Shown in pieces: positions 40,268 through 52,418 of a stretch of DNA of 64,000 bases. The notes below the pieces were generated by a model. That model was given only the letters and a program-made list of their open reading frames with translations, was not told where the DNA came from and ran no database searches. The stretch is from NCBI RefSeq assembly GCF_006345805.1, contig NC_042998.1:142042001-142106000 (forward strand), written 5' to 3'. This DNA comes from Octopus sinensis (taxonomy: Eukaryota). Each line of letters begins with the position of its first letter. Within the stretch, counting starts at the first letter, position 1. The position numbers were made by a program, and so were the translations under genes.

Positions 40268-40985
40268 AGTAAAGAGTAATGTAAACACATTACGGAGGAT
40301 ATATTATTAATTAAGATTATTTATGAATATATCAATGGCCAAACATGTTATCATAAAATAGGAAGAAGAAAAACGTTTGTAATTATAAACAAGTCACAGT
40401 TATAACTAAGAGGGTTAAAAAAAACCTTACATGTTAAAAATAGCAGCCAAAACTGCTATAAATCCATTATATCACTCATATTATTTCTCCTTGCGATAAA
40501 ACTGTCTTCGGGTGACATGGCAAATCGAATCCACAACTTGAAAATAACTGGTTAATTCCCTATTGCAATTTCGGCGTTAGGGACCACTTAAGTAACTCAT
40601 TCGCCTCGTGAGGGGAAATATTCCAATAGATAGAAATCAAAACAAGACTTTACCTTGGGACTAGCATGAATCTCGACCGGCAACAGAAATGTTTTCACCT
40701 CTATCTACACAATCAAGTTTTGAATTCAAATGCAATGCACAGTGTTTATGTGAAAAGACCGTTAATTTCGAGCCACGGCAAAATCACCGGATGTGAGTTA
40801 GGAAAATTTAAATAAGTCGAGAGTAACGTAAAAACATTACGGAGGATATATTATAGATAATTAAGATTATTTATTAATATATCAATGGCCAAACATGTTA
40901 TAAGATATAAAGAAGAAAAGCGTTTATAATTATGAACAAACCGCAATTATAACCAAGATGGTTAAAAAAATCCTTACATGTTAAA
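40268..40985 (-). repeat. ~550-bp HHR-bearing unit, ~1.3 tandem copies, between (TA)n tracts
   Basis: 40268-40440 is repeated at ~40815-40985 (GAGTAA(T/C)GTAAA(C/A)ACATTACGGAGGATATATTA...CCTTACATGTTAAAAA). Confidence 0.8.
40556..40617 (-). ncRNA. Type I hammerhead-like motif (core CUCACGA)
   Basis: TTCCC-CTCACGA-GGCG(25 nt)CGCC-GAAA-TTGCAA-TA-GGGAA. Perfect stems I and II, palindromic stem III, one core change (G5 to C). Confidence 0.7.
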
Positions 40986-41289
40986 AAAATATATATATAT
41001 GTATAACTGCAAACAAGTATGGCATTGTTCAATGGCAACCACTCCCATTCTGTTACATCATAGGAAAAATATTTGACCTGTTATCAACCAAAACTTGTGT
41101 TGTATGAAGGCAAAGTTATCTATTGTTGTATATTATGCTGAGACCTTGTAAAATAGGTAAAAGGTTATCCGAAGGAAACTGTGCTTCAATGCACCTGCGT
41201 GTATTAACGTATTTTCATTGTGGTTTTTGCTTTGTTTTTTGTATTACCAGTAATATATTCAGTATATATATATATATACAAAGATAAAT

Positions 41290-41800
41290 AAGGCTCGTCT
41301 GTGGGATTACTCTGGGTTTTACGTTCATAAAGCACTTAGCTTTACAGCATTTCACCAAAATGGAGGAAGGAAAGACTTCGTTTCTCTATGTCAACAACAG
41401 GGGATTGTCTCCCTTTGGCTTTTACTCGTAATCGACTGTTATCGTGTGGGTCCAAGGACGCCGGAGGAATTTCCTAAAGTGCAAACAGGGTCCGAAGATT
41501 TCCATTCTGGAGTTAAGGATGCTCCCCGGGTTGAGGGAGTCTTTTAATACCTTCGCCCGTTCGACTATGCACAGTTTAGAAAGCTTTGTTCCAATTAATT
41601 TGGGAAAACGGAATTTCTAAGATTCTCCATGATATAACGTATGGAATTCCTTCGTCATTCAGCCGCCATACATAGCTGGCTAATTATGTAGTATATCTCC
41701 TTTCCGGTGTCTGAAAGAGGATTTGTGGTTGGATAGGCATTCCTTGAAAGTGTTGCCGGAGCATCCGATGTTTCTCCGTGTGGGGGTGTAGGCAATGTTG
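41290..41800 (-). mobile_element. PLE GIY-YIG C-terminus and 3' region (Naiad/Neptune-like)
   Basis: NIGCSGNTFKECLSNHKSSFRHR / LASYVWRLNDEGIPYVISWRILE / KLCIVERAKVL...ILNSRMEIFGPCLHFRKFL, with two frameshifts. Confidence 0.75.
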
Positions 41801-41804
41801 GAAG

Positions 41805-42892
41805 GAACGTGTGTAGCGTGTGATCGTCGCATTGATCATGACAATGAAAGTTGAGCAGAGAATTTGCATCAAATTTTGCCAGAAGCTTGGCGATACCTAC
41901 TTAGAGGCCGAGGCAAAGTTGCAGAAAGTACATGAAGAGGAATGTAGGAGCTGCACACGAGTGTACGAGAGGTTCAGACGTTTCCAAGATGGCCGAAAAT
42001 GTCTATAGAAACGAACGTTCTGGGAGACCCGCAACCAGCAGAACTGAGAAACATATCGCAGATGTGTGTGCAGCTGTGAGGGGAAATCGTCGAATCACCA
42101 TCTGTGAGTTATCAGAGGATCTGCAGATTAGTTACGGTTCAGTCCAGTCCATTATCACTAAACATTTGGGTATGGGACGCGTGTCTACCAAGATTGTGTC
42201 AAAACTGCTTTCAGCTGACCAAAAAGGCACTCGGGTTTTAGATGCACAAGATATCCTTGATTGTGTCGAGAACGGTGAAAACTTTTTGAAAACGGTTATA
42301 ACGGGTGATGAATCGTGGATCTGTGGATATGACCCCAGCACAAAGGTTCAGTCTTAGCAGCGAAAGACCCCAACCTCTCCGAAACCGAAGAAAGCACGAG
42401 TGAGTCGAATCAATGTGAAGACACTGTTGACCGTTTTCTTCGACTAGTATGCTCCACCTGGTCAGACAAGAAACAAAGAGTATTACAGTGCCATTTTGCG
42501 GCGTTTGCGGAAGGCAATTCGTCGGAATTGCATGCATCGGGTGAGTGGCAGTTATACAATGTCAAAGCACCTGCCCATTCAGCGCAGCTTGTGCAACAGT
42601 TTTTGGCATTCCCTAGGTCCTACAGCCACCGTATTCCCCAGATCTCACCTCTTACGATGTTTTCCTCTTCCCAAAATTCAAATCGCACTTTCAGGACGTC
42701 GAGGAAATCAAAGTGAATGCGATGAGGCTGCTGCTGATAATCCCAGAAAATGAGTTCCAGGAATGCTTCCATCAATGAAAACACCGCTGGATTTAGTGTG
42801 TGGCTTTTGAAGGGAACTACTTTGAAGGAGATTAAATGCCAAATTGGTACTAGCGTTTTTATAGCACTAGTCCGGATACTTATCGATCAGAC

Positions 42893-42896
<4 letters not shown>
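41805..42896 (+). mobile_element. Mariner transposase pseudogene with right TIR; left TIR missing
   Basis: EQRICIKFCQKLG, RSGRP, VITGDESW..GYDP, KKAR, KEYY..IL.RLRKAIRR, with stops and frameshifts. Right TIR TCCGGATACTTATCGATCAGACCTCA then TA. Same family as 18464-19079. Confidence 0.92.
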
Positions 42897-42931
<35 letters not shown>

Positions 42932-45424
42932 CAATCTTACTATATTACACAATAATGTAGGCAACCGTTTATTATGCGTAATTCTGACTTGGCACATGTT
43001 ATCTCAACAGTTGCATATATTATTGCATAAAACAACATTAATAAGATCGAAATCAAATGGAACAATTGTAAATTTATGTATTAAAAGGACGTGCTCATTC
43101 CATTTTTCTTGTTTCTAATTGTAAAATTTCTACCGATATTTGTAGATTTTCATTCACGTGTTTAGTAAAAAAAGTAATCTCCAGATTACTGTCTTGTCTA
43201 ATAGCCAAAACCCGTTGATGAGCTTAATGGGGGGTTCACTTCTAGGCAAATACCAAAATAAAATTATGCATAGACACCCACATACATATATGCTTCTTGC
43301 GCAAGTACAATATAGCTTCATATTCAAGTTAATATCAGGCGCCTGAAAAGCGGCGAGCTGGCAGAATCGTTAGCGCGCAGGCAAAATGCTTAGCAGTATT
43401 TTGTCCGACTTGACGTTGCGAGTTCAAATTCCGCCGAGTTCGACTTTACTTTTCATCCTTTTCGGGCCGATAAAATAAGTACTCAGTTGATAAAATAAGC
43501 ACTCAACACCACTTGAGCATTGGGGTCGATATAATCGGCTAACTCCAACCCAAATTTGCTGTCTTTGTGTCAACATTTGAAACCAATATGAGGCACCTAA
43601 CCCGATCATATGCCGCGCATCACGCATATATTTTAAATTGCATATCCCGCAGCCAAAATAGTTAAGCCATATATAGAGAAGTATTTCTTCAAAACTCTTT
43701 CTATACCACAGAACAAAAAAAAAATAATAGTAATAGTCCGCCCAGAATCAAACAATATTTTTAGCAACAATACTTTACTGTGAATTTACTAAGGAGTGTT
43801 TCTCTAATGGTCTTTATAACGACAAGAAATACAATAAAACGAAAATACAATTGAAAGAAGAGCTGAATCGATTCATTATGTAACCTGAAAGTAACCGCAA
43901 GAAAATGAAAACAATTTCTCTTCAGTAGTATTACTGAAATAAATTTTTGCTTTGTTTATGTTTTAAATATTAGACAAGCTTTTTTAAACGACAAACAAAA
44001 ACCACATCAAAATTTCTCACAGCAAACCACACCCGACGAGATTTGCATGTGAAAAGAATGAATCGTCGACTCTTGAGTTACATATGCATAAATATAAAAC
44101 AAATTATAAATAACCAGTTGAGAGATTTTATCTTGTATTTTTTATATCTTTTACTTGTTTCAGTCATTGGATTGCAGTCATGCTGGGGCACCGCATTCAA
44201 GAGTCACGTATACTGCAGTTTCTAGTTTTTAAATATCACATTTGGAATATTTACCGAATCCATTTTTTTATTATTATTATTAATTCTTCCGTTATATTTC
44301 GAAATCTCTCCTGTTACTGGGATGCCTCAAATTGTTCCATTGTCTACTGATCTAATTCGTTTCTTTCGGTATAAATATTTCTCCCCGTACTCTTTTTACT
44401 GCTTGGTCTAGAGATCTTTTCTTGCGATTATACTTATCTTATTTTTACGTCGGTGTTCGCCTATCATGTTCGTTCATTTATACCCCAGCTGACACCACCA
44501 AATTGAAGAATATTATTGGAAAGTGCCGAAATTGTGATGATATTTGATCGACAACTGATGACGGATTTAGCATGCCCGCGTCTATCTGCGTGTTTTGTTT
44601 TAAAATTTTTTCCGTATACTTCTTTGTTGTCCCTTTGTGCCACATTTTTGTTAGAAATCCAATTTAGATTTTGATTAATGGCTACGCCAGACTGTATTGG
44701 ATTTATGGAAACATATGGTTACACTCCTTGAAAATAAATATTTATTTTTAAAGGATATTTGGGGAAGTTTTGCCATACTGATCGGGAAAAATAAAACAAA
44801 TCATCTTTCGCATTGTTGAAAAACTTGCATTTCTGCGTATTGATTTCTATCTTGAAAACAAAGTTGTAGTTGATTAACTTGACCTTCAGTAATTGAATGG
44901 TATTAATTTTCTAAGACCTTGAGGGAAGAAAGCAAAATCGCCCTTTATAAAAGTTGAAAACAAAACGTAAAAGGACTTAGTTAAGTATTGTGCAGTCACC
45001 TACCGAAACACGAGTTTCTATTCATAACCATTAACATACTGCTATTGCCCTTGAGAAAAGCAAGGAAAACTAAAATACCTGAGTTCACTTCCTCTTTCGT
45101 GAAAAGGGAAACGAATATTTAGAAAATCTGGTTCCAGATTTTTACTTGTAGCTCTCTCAGTTCACTTACATATATTAGGTATCCTGGTAAAGAATATGAC
45201 TTTCAAAACGCATCATTTCTCTTCTTTTAAAAACACGAAACATTGTGCCTTGCCGAAACGAAATTAAAAAATCTATTTTTATAGTGTTTTGATTTTCTTA
45301 GCAAAAACTCAAGAGTTTTCTTGATATTTCTTTACGAAGAGTTTTAAATTCTTCATAACATACATATAAAGCAGCGGGAATCCACACAATAAATAATTTA
45401 TCTAATTATTCTTAACATGTTCTG

Positions 45425-45812
45425 GTAGATTTGAACATGAATACCTGATCGCTGTTGTTTTTCGTCATCGGACATCTCATCCTCCTCTTAAGACGTTGTA
45501 TCCTCATAACACATGCGATTCACCGGTGTACGGTGACATCGGGACACCGTAATATTTCGACCTTATCTCCTCTGTCAAAGCTACTTCACTGGGCCGGTGA
45601 ATTTAGCAAGAGCACGAGTTCTTGTTTACAGAAAACAGCAAAACGTTTTTAACTGATGTGTGCCGATGCCTTCCAATCAGATAATAATCCATAGGGTATA
45701 CGCAGACCTGCGAGAATTCAAACAATACTGTATCTATTTAGTCCTAATACCTTCTGGCAGATCCGATGACGTAAAACCACAGCGATCAGATAATCCTGCT
45801 CATATTTAGAAT
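45425..45812. mobile_element. MITE-like element with ~50-bp imperfect inverted ends
   Basis: CTGATCGCTGTTGTTTTTCGTCATCGGA (45445-45472) versus TCCGATGACGTAAAACCACAGCGATCAG (45762-45789), with weaker similarity further out. Confidence 0.55.
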
Positions 45813-46561
45813 GGATACGTTATTCTTTGAATTGCTACTGTTCTGCATGCACTCCACAAATTACTATTTGTTTGGCAGACATCAGGCATGCGTCAATAAA
45901 TAATTTGTTTGTTGATTCCTATAAACAAGAAATCATGCTCTTGTTAGATTAATCGGTTCGGGAGTTAGCTTTTCCTGAAGAGACACAATAAGGTCGAAGC
46001 AATGCAGTGTCTCAAAGTCACCTTACACCTGTGAACCGATAAATTACGTCTGTTTTGAACCCAAATTATTTCAGAGGATTAGATATCCTCAGATGAAGCA
46101 ACAATCATTTTCGAACCTGTCAAGTCGTAGAGAGAACGAATAATATTTAATCCCACTGAATCAGTTAATTTATTGGCAAGGTGAGAATACATACATTAAA
46201 ACATGTGACATTGTGCCATGTCGAAACGAAAAAAATCTGTTTCTTTTTTTCTTTAAAAGAACCAAGATGTCTGTTGTTTCTTTACAAAGAGCATTTAATT
46301 CCTTTTAGTTAAATCATTAACAAGATGGGAATGCACACATTAAAATCAAAGTATATTTTGAGAGTTCACTTTAAAATATATCTCGACCCACTAAGTAAAA
46401 GGGGTAACGAAAATCAATATGTAACGAAGCTATTTTTATTATGATCAATATTTCTTCACACTAATTGAATGTTTGTATTTATTGTGTCTCTATCTGAACA
46501 GACAGAGTAATTAAAGGTCTGATTTCAATATATGAAACTAGTAAACAATCTAAATATATAT

Positions 46562-46612
<51 letters not shown>

Positions 46613-47046
46613 CTATATACATAAATATGCATACATCTATATATATATATGTGTGTGTATGTGCGTGTGTGTGTGTATATGTATGTATGTCTATATATAT
46701 ATATATATATATATACTCACATACTTATATATGAATATTTGTGTGTGTGTGTATATGTATGTATGTCTATATATATATATATATATATGAGAGAGGTTTT
46801 CTTTAAGTATTAGAAATAGTTTTAAAAAAGTTTTTTTAGCTGCTATTTCTAATGAGTTCAGTATGCGGCAAAGTAATTTATTTTACTAAGCCCTTTTATA
46901 TAATGTAATAATTTGAATTCGCCTTAAATGGTCCCTTTGCATACTGAATACTTGGTGAAATTGATTAATTAATTAATTTTACCCTCAATTGTTGAAATTA
47001 TATATATATATGTATTGAATTGATAAAAGGTGTTTTTTTCTAATTT

Positions 47047-47079
<33 letters not shown>

Positions 47080-47938
47080 GTATACATACACACACACACA
47101 CACACATACACACATATATATACAGGCGTAGCTGTGTGGTAAAAGCTTACTTCTCAACAACATAGCTCCGGGTTCAATCCCACTGCGTGGCGCCTTGGGC
47201 AAGTGGCCTCTACCATAGTCACGGGCCAATCAAAGCCTTGTCAGTGAATTTGGTAGACGGAAACAGAAAGAAACCCGTCGTATATATATATGTTTATATC
47301 TTTGTGTCTATGATTGTCCCCCACCCACCACACCATCACTTGACAACCGATGCTGATATGTTTTTACATCGTCGTAACTTAGCGGTTCGGCGAAAGACCC
47401 CGATAGAAAAGCACTAGGCTTACAAGCCATAAGAACTGGGGCCGATTTTTTCGACTATAAACCCTTTAAGGCGGTGCTCTAGCATGGGCATTGTCAAATG
47501 ACTGAAACAAGTAAAATAATAAAAGAATATACATACATACATCTATACATACATACTTACCCAAGACACGCACAGCACGTGTGCCCATGCACATACACAC
47601 ACACATACACCCGCACTCCTGCACACATATATCTTGGGTAGATGCCATTTCTATACTCCCCAGACAGCCCATATCTTGTGGATAAAACTAGGTAAACGGA
47701 AACTGTATAGAAGCCTTTCGGATGAATTGTACGTGTAATACTCTTTTACTTGTTTCAGTCATGTGACTGTGGCCATGCTGGAGCACCGCCTTTAGTCGAG
47801 TAAATCGACCCGATGACTTATTCTTTGTAAGCCTAGTACTTATACTATCGGTCTCTTTTGCCGAATCGCTAAGTTACGGGGACGTAAACACACCAGCATC
47901 GGTTGTCAAGCGATGTTGGGGGAACATACACAGACACA

Positions 47939-47978
<40 letters not shown>

Positions 47979-49249
47979 ACACACACACACATATATATAT
48001 ATACATATATATATACACATATATACATATATACGACAGGCTTCTTTTCGTTTTCCGTCTACCAAATCCACTCACAAGGCTTTGGTCGGCCCGAGGCTAT
48101 AGTAAAAGACACTTGCCCAAGGTGCTACGAAGTGAGACTGAACCCAGAACCATGTGGTTCGTAAGCAAGCTACTTACAGCACACCCACTCCTGCGCCTAT
48201 AGTATATTTTGTCAAACACCGTGTCACGCTGATTCTGCTTGAAAGTTAGGTTGTCATATACGCCTGTAGCATGCCCCCTTTCACGTTAATTCCGGAGCAG
48301 GTAATTCAATGAAGCGATCAATCGAATCATCCTCATCAAACTGACGGAGATCCTTTGATGGGATGTATATTTAACACGGGATAATGAGTGAGCCCTCTAT
48401 GTGGCCTTGCGTCTTGAGAGAAAAAGCAACCAGATCTTCCTGAAATTTCAGTCCATCCCCTGATGGAAGAGCACACTGGATAATGTTGTCCTAGATATAC
48501 ATTGTCCAGAAAAAAAAAAAAAAAACACGCGTTGCAAATAAGAGTGCTTTTACTCGGAGCTGATCAACAACTAAACCACCACCACTACAACAACAACGTA
48601 TCAGAAACAGGTCAGTAATCAGAAATAAAATGAACTCAGAACGTAAAGGACCGGAGGAAATACCACTAAGCATTTTGTCCGAAGCGCTAACGATTCTAAC
48701 TTGTGTTGAATATAAAAAGAATATATTGCCGGTTAGCTTCAAACTTTACCGAAATACTTGGGAAAGAAAACGGAGAGGAGTTAAGATACGATAAAGTTCG
48801 TTTTGAGAATGAAATAAAACAGCTTTTCTTATATTACATTATTTGGTCTTTTGAGTCCACAAGAATGCGACTATACTTGGTGTTTCTTGGCGACATGCGG
48901 AGATCACAGGATTACTTAGGTGATAGTAACGTAACAAAGTAACGACGAAATAACAACGCTGATGACACTGATAAAGACATGACGTCACAGTACTTGCCCG
49001 CGGGAGACGGTTGGCTATACTGTACCACATTAGACGCGAACCAACAAGAAAGCCTCTATGTGGTCACACAGAATGCTAGAAATAGTAATCATACCGCCCT
49101 CAAGCTACACCCTACTCTCTTAGAAAAGGAAGTGCATAAAGTCTTCGATACATTTCCTGAATAAGAGTTGGAATGATCATAGCTCTTTGATTATCGACCA
49201 TGTTTCATCGGGGGCTGACTTGAACAATACTACCCACACTACACACACG

Positions 49250-49300
<51 letters not shown>

Positions 49301-49792
49301 GTACGCATGCACTCACACGCACGCACACACATGCACTCTCTCTGTCTCTCACCCCCCTCTTTCAACCCCAATCTTTGTCTCTCTCTCCCTCTCTCTCCCC
49401 CCCCCCTCTCTCTCTCTCTCTCTTATCGATACAAATACAATATTCAGTCGATTAAGTACACCAACTGTTTCTGCCTTTTTGATTCGAACTCCTTAAAGGA
49501 TCGCCCCATCACCACCACAAACGCCACCACCACTACATCTTTCACTATTTCGCCACTGATTTTACATCTATTTCTCACTTGCTCTCTTTCTTTCATCATA
49601 TCTTTATTTATACATTCCAACTTTCGCTTGTTTGTCACCTTTTCACTCATTCCTTAAGTCGAATATTCCTGTTATCTCTCCAAAATTTCAATGCAATTTC
49701 ATATCTCTCTGCCTCTCCTTTTCTCTTTGTACAAACAGCATGTATTTAACGGTTACGTTCACACCACCACCGCCACTACTATTACCACCACC

Positions 49793-49839
<47 letters not shown>

Positions 49840-50003
49840 ACATTTCGGATAATTTTACCCTTTCAGGAAACGAACAGACCCCCACCTCAATATACACCGA
49901 ATGAAACATGGGCAGACTAAAAGGGAAATTTTGCTATGATGAATAACATGGACGCTTCTATTGATCTGCATCTATAATGTTCTATTGAAATTAGAAACGT
50001 ATA

Positions 50004-50039
<36 letters not shown>

Positions 50040-51986
50040 TGTATGTATGTATGTATGTATGTATGTATATATACATAATATACATATACATATATATATA
50101 TATTATAATACATTATATATATACATACATAATTATATATATATATATAGTTTAGGGATATAGTTTCACTATATTCTTACATGAGATTCTTTCATATGCG
50201 AGGTAAATCTTTAAATCTTCTGTAGAATCTGACTTCTTTAATCTGCTATATTGATTCCTTACATTGGCAAAAGGCTACACATTTGTAGAAACGCCGGATA
50301 TAATCGTTTGAATCAACTCCAGTGCGTGGATGTAACTTATTTCATCTACCCGAGAGGGATGAAAGGCAAAGTCGACACCGGCGGAAATTGAACTAAGGAC
50401 ACAGTGACTCGAAACTAAACATTGAACAACATTTAGTACAGTACAGTACTATATTTTGCACTACTCTAATGTCTTTCTTCTTCAGTGAACATTATTCTCA
50501 ATATTATAAAGCAATGGCTCTTTGCGTACTGAGATCAAGTTTTACGAGCCCAACTTTTGTCTTTCATTCCTCCGCGGTCGATAAAATAATGTAATAAAAT
50601 TAAGTCAAGAATCATCTTCGACCGACTTAAGTGCTACTGCATCGGGTAACGCACGAGGTTGTCGAACTATACAAGCTAGGTCGGTCAGCAGCCACTCTCA
50701 GTGCACCACAACCCCGACCATTGCTATGCTTTTGCACTTTGAACTGTTTTTATAGCCCGAAGTTTGTCGGGGGTGGGAAAGATACTAGGCTGAAGCCCAA
50801 CCACTTGCATTTAGGAAAGAGACTGTAAGTGGAGCTGTCCCTGTTGCCTGCTAACCGAGGTCCATAAAGTATAGTGTGGGTTGCCTCGAGGCACAGACAC
50901 CGGGTTGTTGGTTTTGTTGAAACTTCTCGCCAGAGGTCGATGTAGTAGTTAACTAACACCCGTCTCTCAAAGCTGTGCCTAAATTAAAAACCATCATTTA
51001 ATGACAGAAAGCTGACAGAATCATTCGCGCATCCTACAAAATGCTTAACAGCATTTCTTCCGACTCTACATTCCGAGTTCAAATTTTCAAATTCTGCCGA
51101 TGTCGACTTTGCCTTACAGCTTTTAGTAGGACGATAAAATAAGTACCAATCAAACCATAGGTTTCATGTAACCGGCTTTTCCTCTCTCTTGAAATTTCTG
51201 ACTTTGTACCAAAATTTTGAACTATTATTTGAAGATTGCAAGCTGGCAGAGTGATTAAATCGTCGGGAAAATGCTTTGCAGTAACTGTTCCAAATCTTTA
51301 CATTCTGTATTCAAATCCCATTTAGGTGAACTTTGTCATTCATCTTTTCAGAGCCAATAAATATATTGCTAGTCAAGTACTGCGATCGATGGTATCGATT
51401 AAAGCCTTCATCCAAAAAGAACTTAGTTTCAGTAAGTTCAAGTATGCTTTTTTGAGAGCTGAGCGTCTTGGTAACAGACGCAATCCAGATTCGGTGAAAG
51501 AGTACGGTAAGTGCCAACCTGTTGGATATTGATTTCGCCACCTACATTCTCACAGATCGTAGAAAAACTTAGCATCCAGACTATTTTCGCACTTCTTACT
51601 TCACTTGCAACAGCAAAGCAAAAAAAAAAGAAAAGAAAAATCTTGTTTATTTATTTAAGATGACGAAATTCATATTTTAACAATGAGAGATTTCTGTCAT
51701 TCCGATTTTTAAAAACAAAGTAAAATAAAAATTACTATATCAAACAGAAAAAAATAACATACTATTTTCTTTTTTTGACATATTGAGAAAATTCTTGATG
51801 TGTTTATTTATATGAAGTAATAAATGAAATAGTTTGAGAAGATTGCTCAATATCTGTCATGTACTAAAAAATTAAATGCGATAAATTTAGAAGAAAAAAA
51901 TAAAGCAGGAGTTAATCTAGCTTATTTTCTATCAGTTTCGCAACATTTGACAAGTCAAGTCATTTCAGTTGAGTTTCCGTATGTAT

Positions 51987-52225
51987 GACATATACCGTTG
52001 CTGCGTTTGTTAGCAAATATTGACTATTTTTAACGGACATATAACATTGTTACGTTTGTTAGTTATATAGACTGCTTCTAAGAACATTTACCGTTGTTAC
52101 GTTTGTTAGCAATATTCACAGCTTCTAAGGACATATACCGTTGTTACGTTTGTTAGTAATATTCACTGCTTCTAGGGACATATACCGTTGCTACGTTTGT
52201 TAGCAATATTAATTGTTTTTAAAAC
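51987..52225. repeat. ~47-bp minisatellite, 5 copies
   Basis: GACATATACCGTTGTTACGTTTGTTAGCAATATTCACTGCTTCTAAG-like unit. Confidence 0.9.
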
Positions 52226-52316
52226 AAGCGAAAGGCCATAAAATTTGAGTGAGTTGGCGGCTAAACAATTATATCGACTCCAATATTTTGGCGGGTAAAT
52301 AATTTCTATTGATCCT

Positions 52317-52418
<102 letters not shown>

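Noticed and set aside
45445-45500. Acidic minus-strand frame EEDEMSDDENNSDQ with a CAG|GT donor
   Set aside because: It coincides with a MITE-like inverted repeat and is preceded by a stop.
49198-49911. CCATGTTTCAT(T)CGG inverted pair flanking a microsatellite mosaic as a MITE
   Set aside because: Only ~14 bp match, with no extension or TSD seen, so it cannot be separated from chance.
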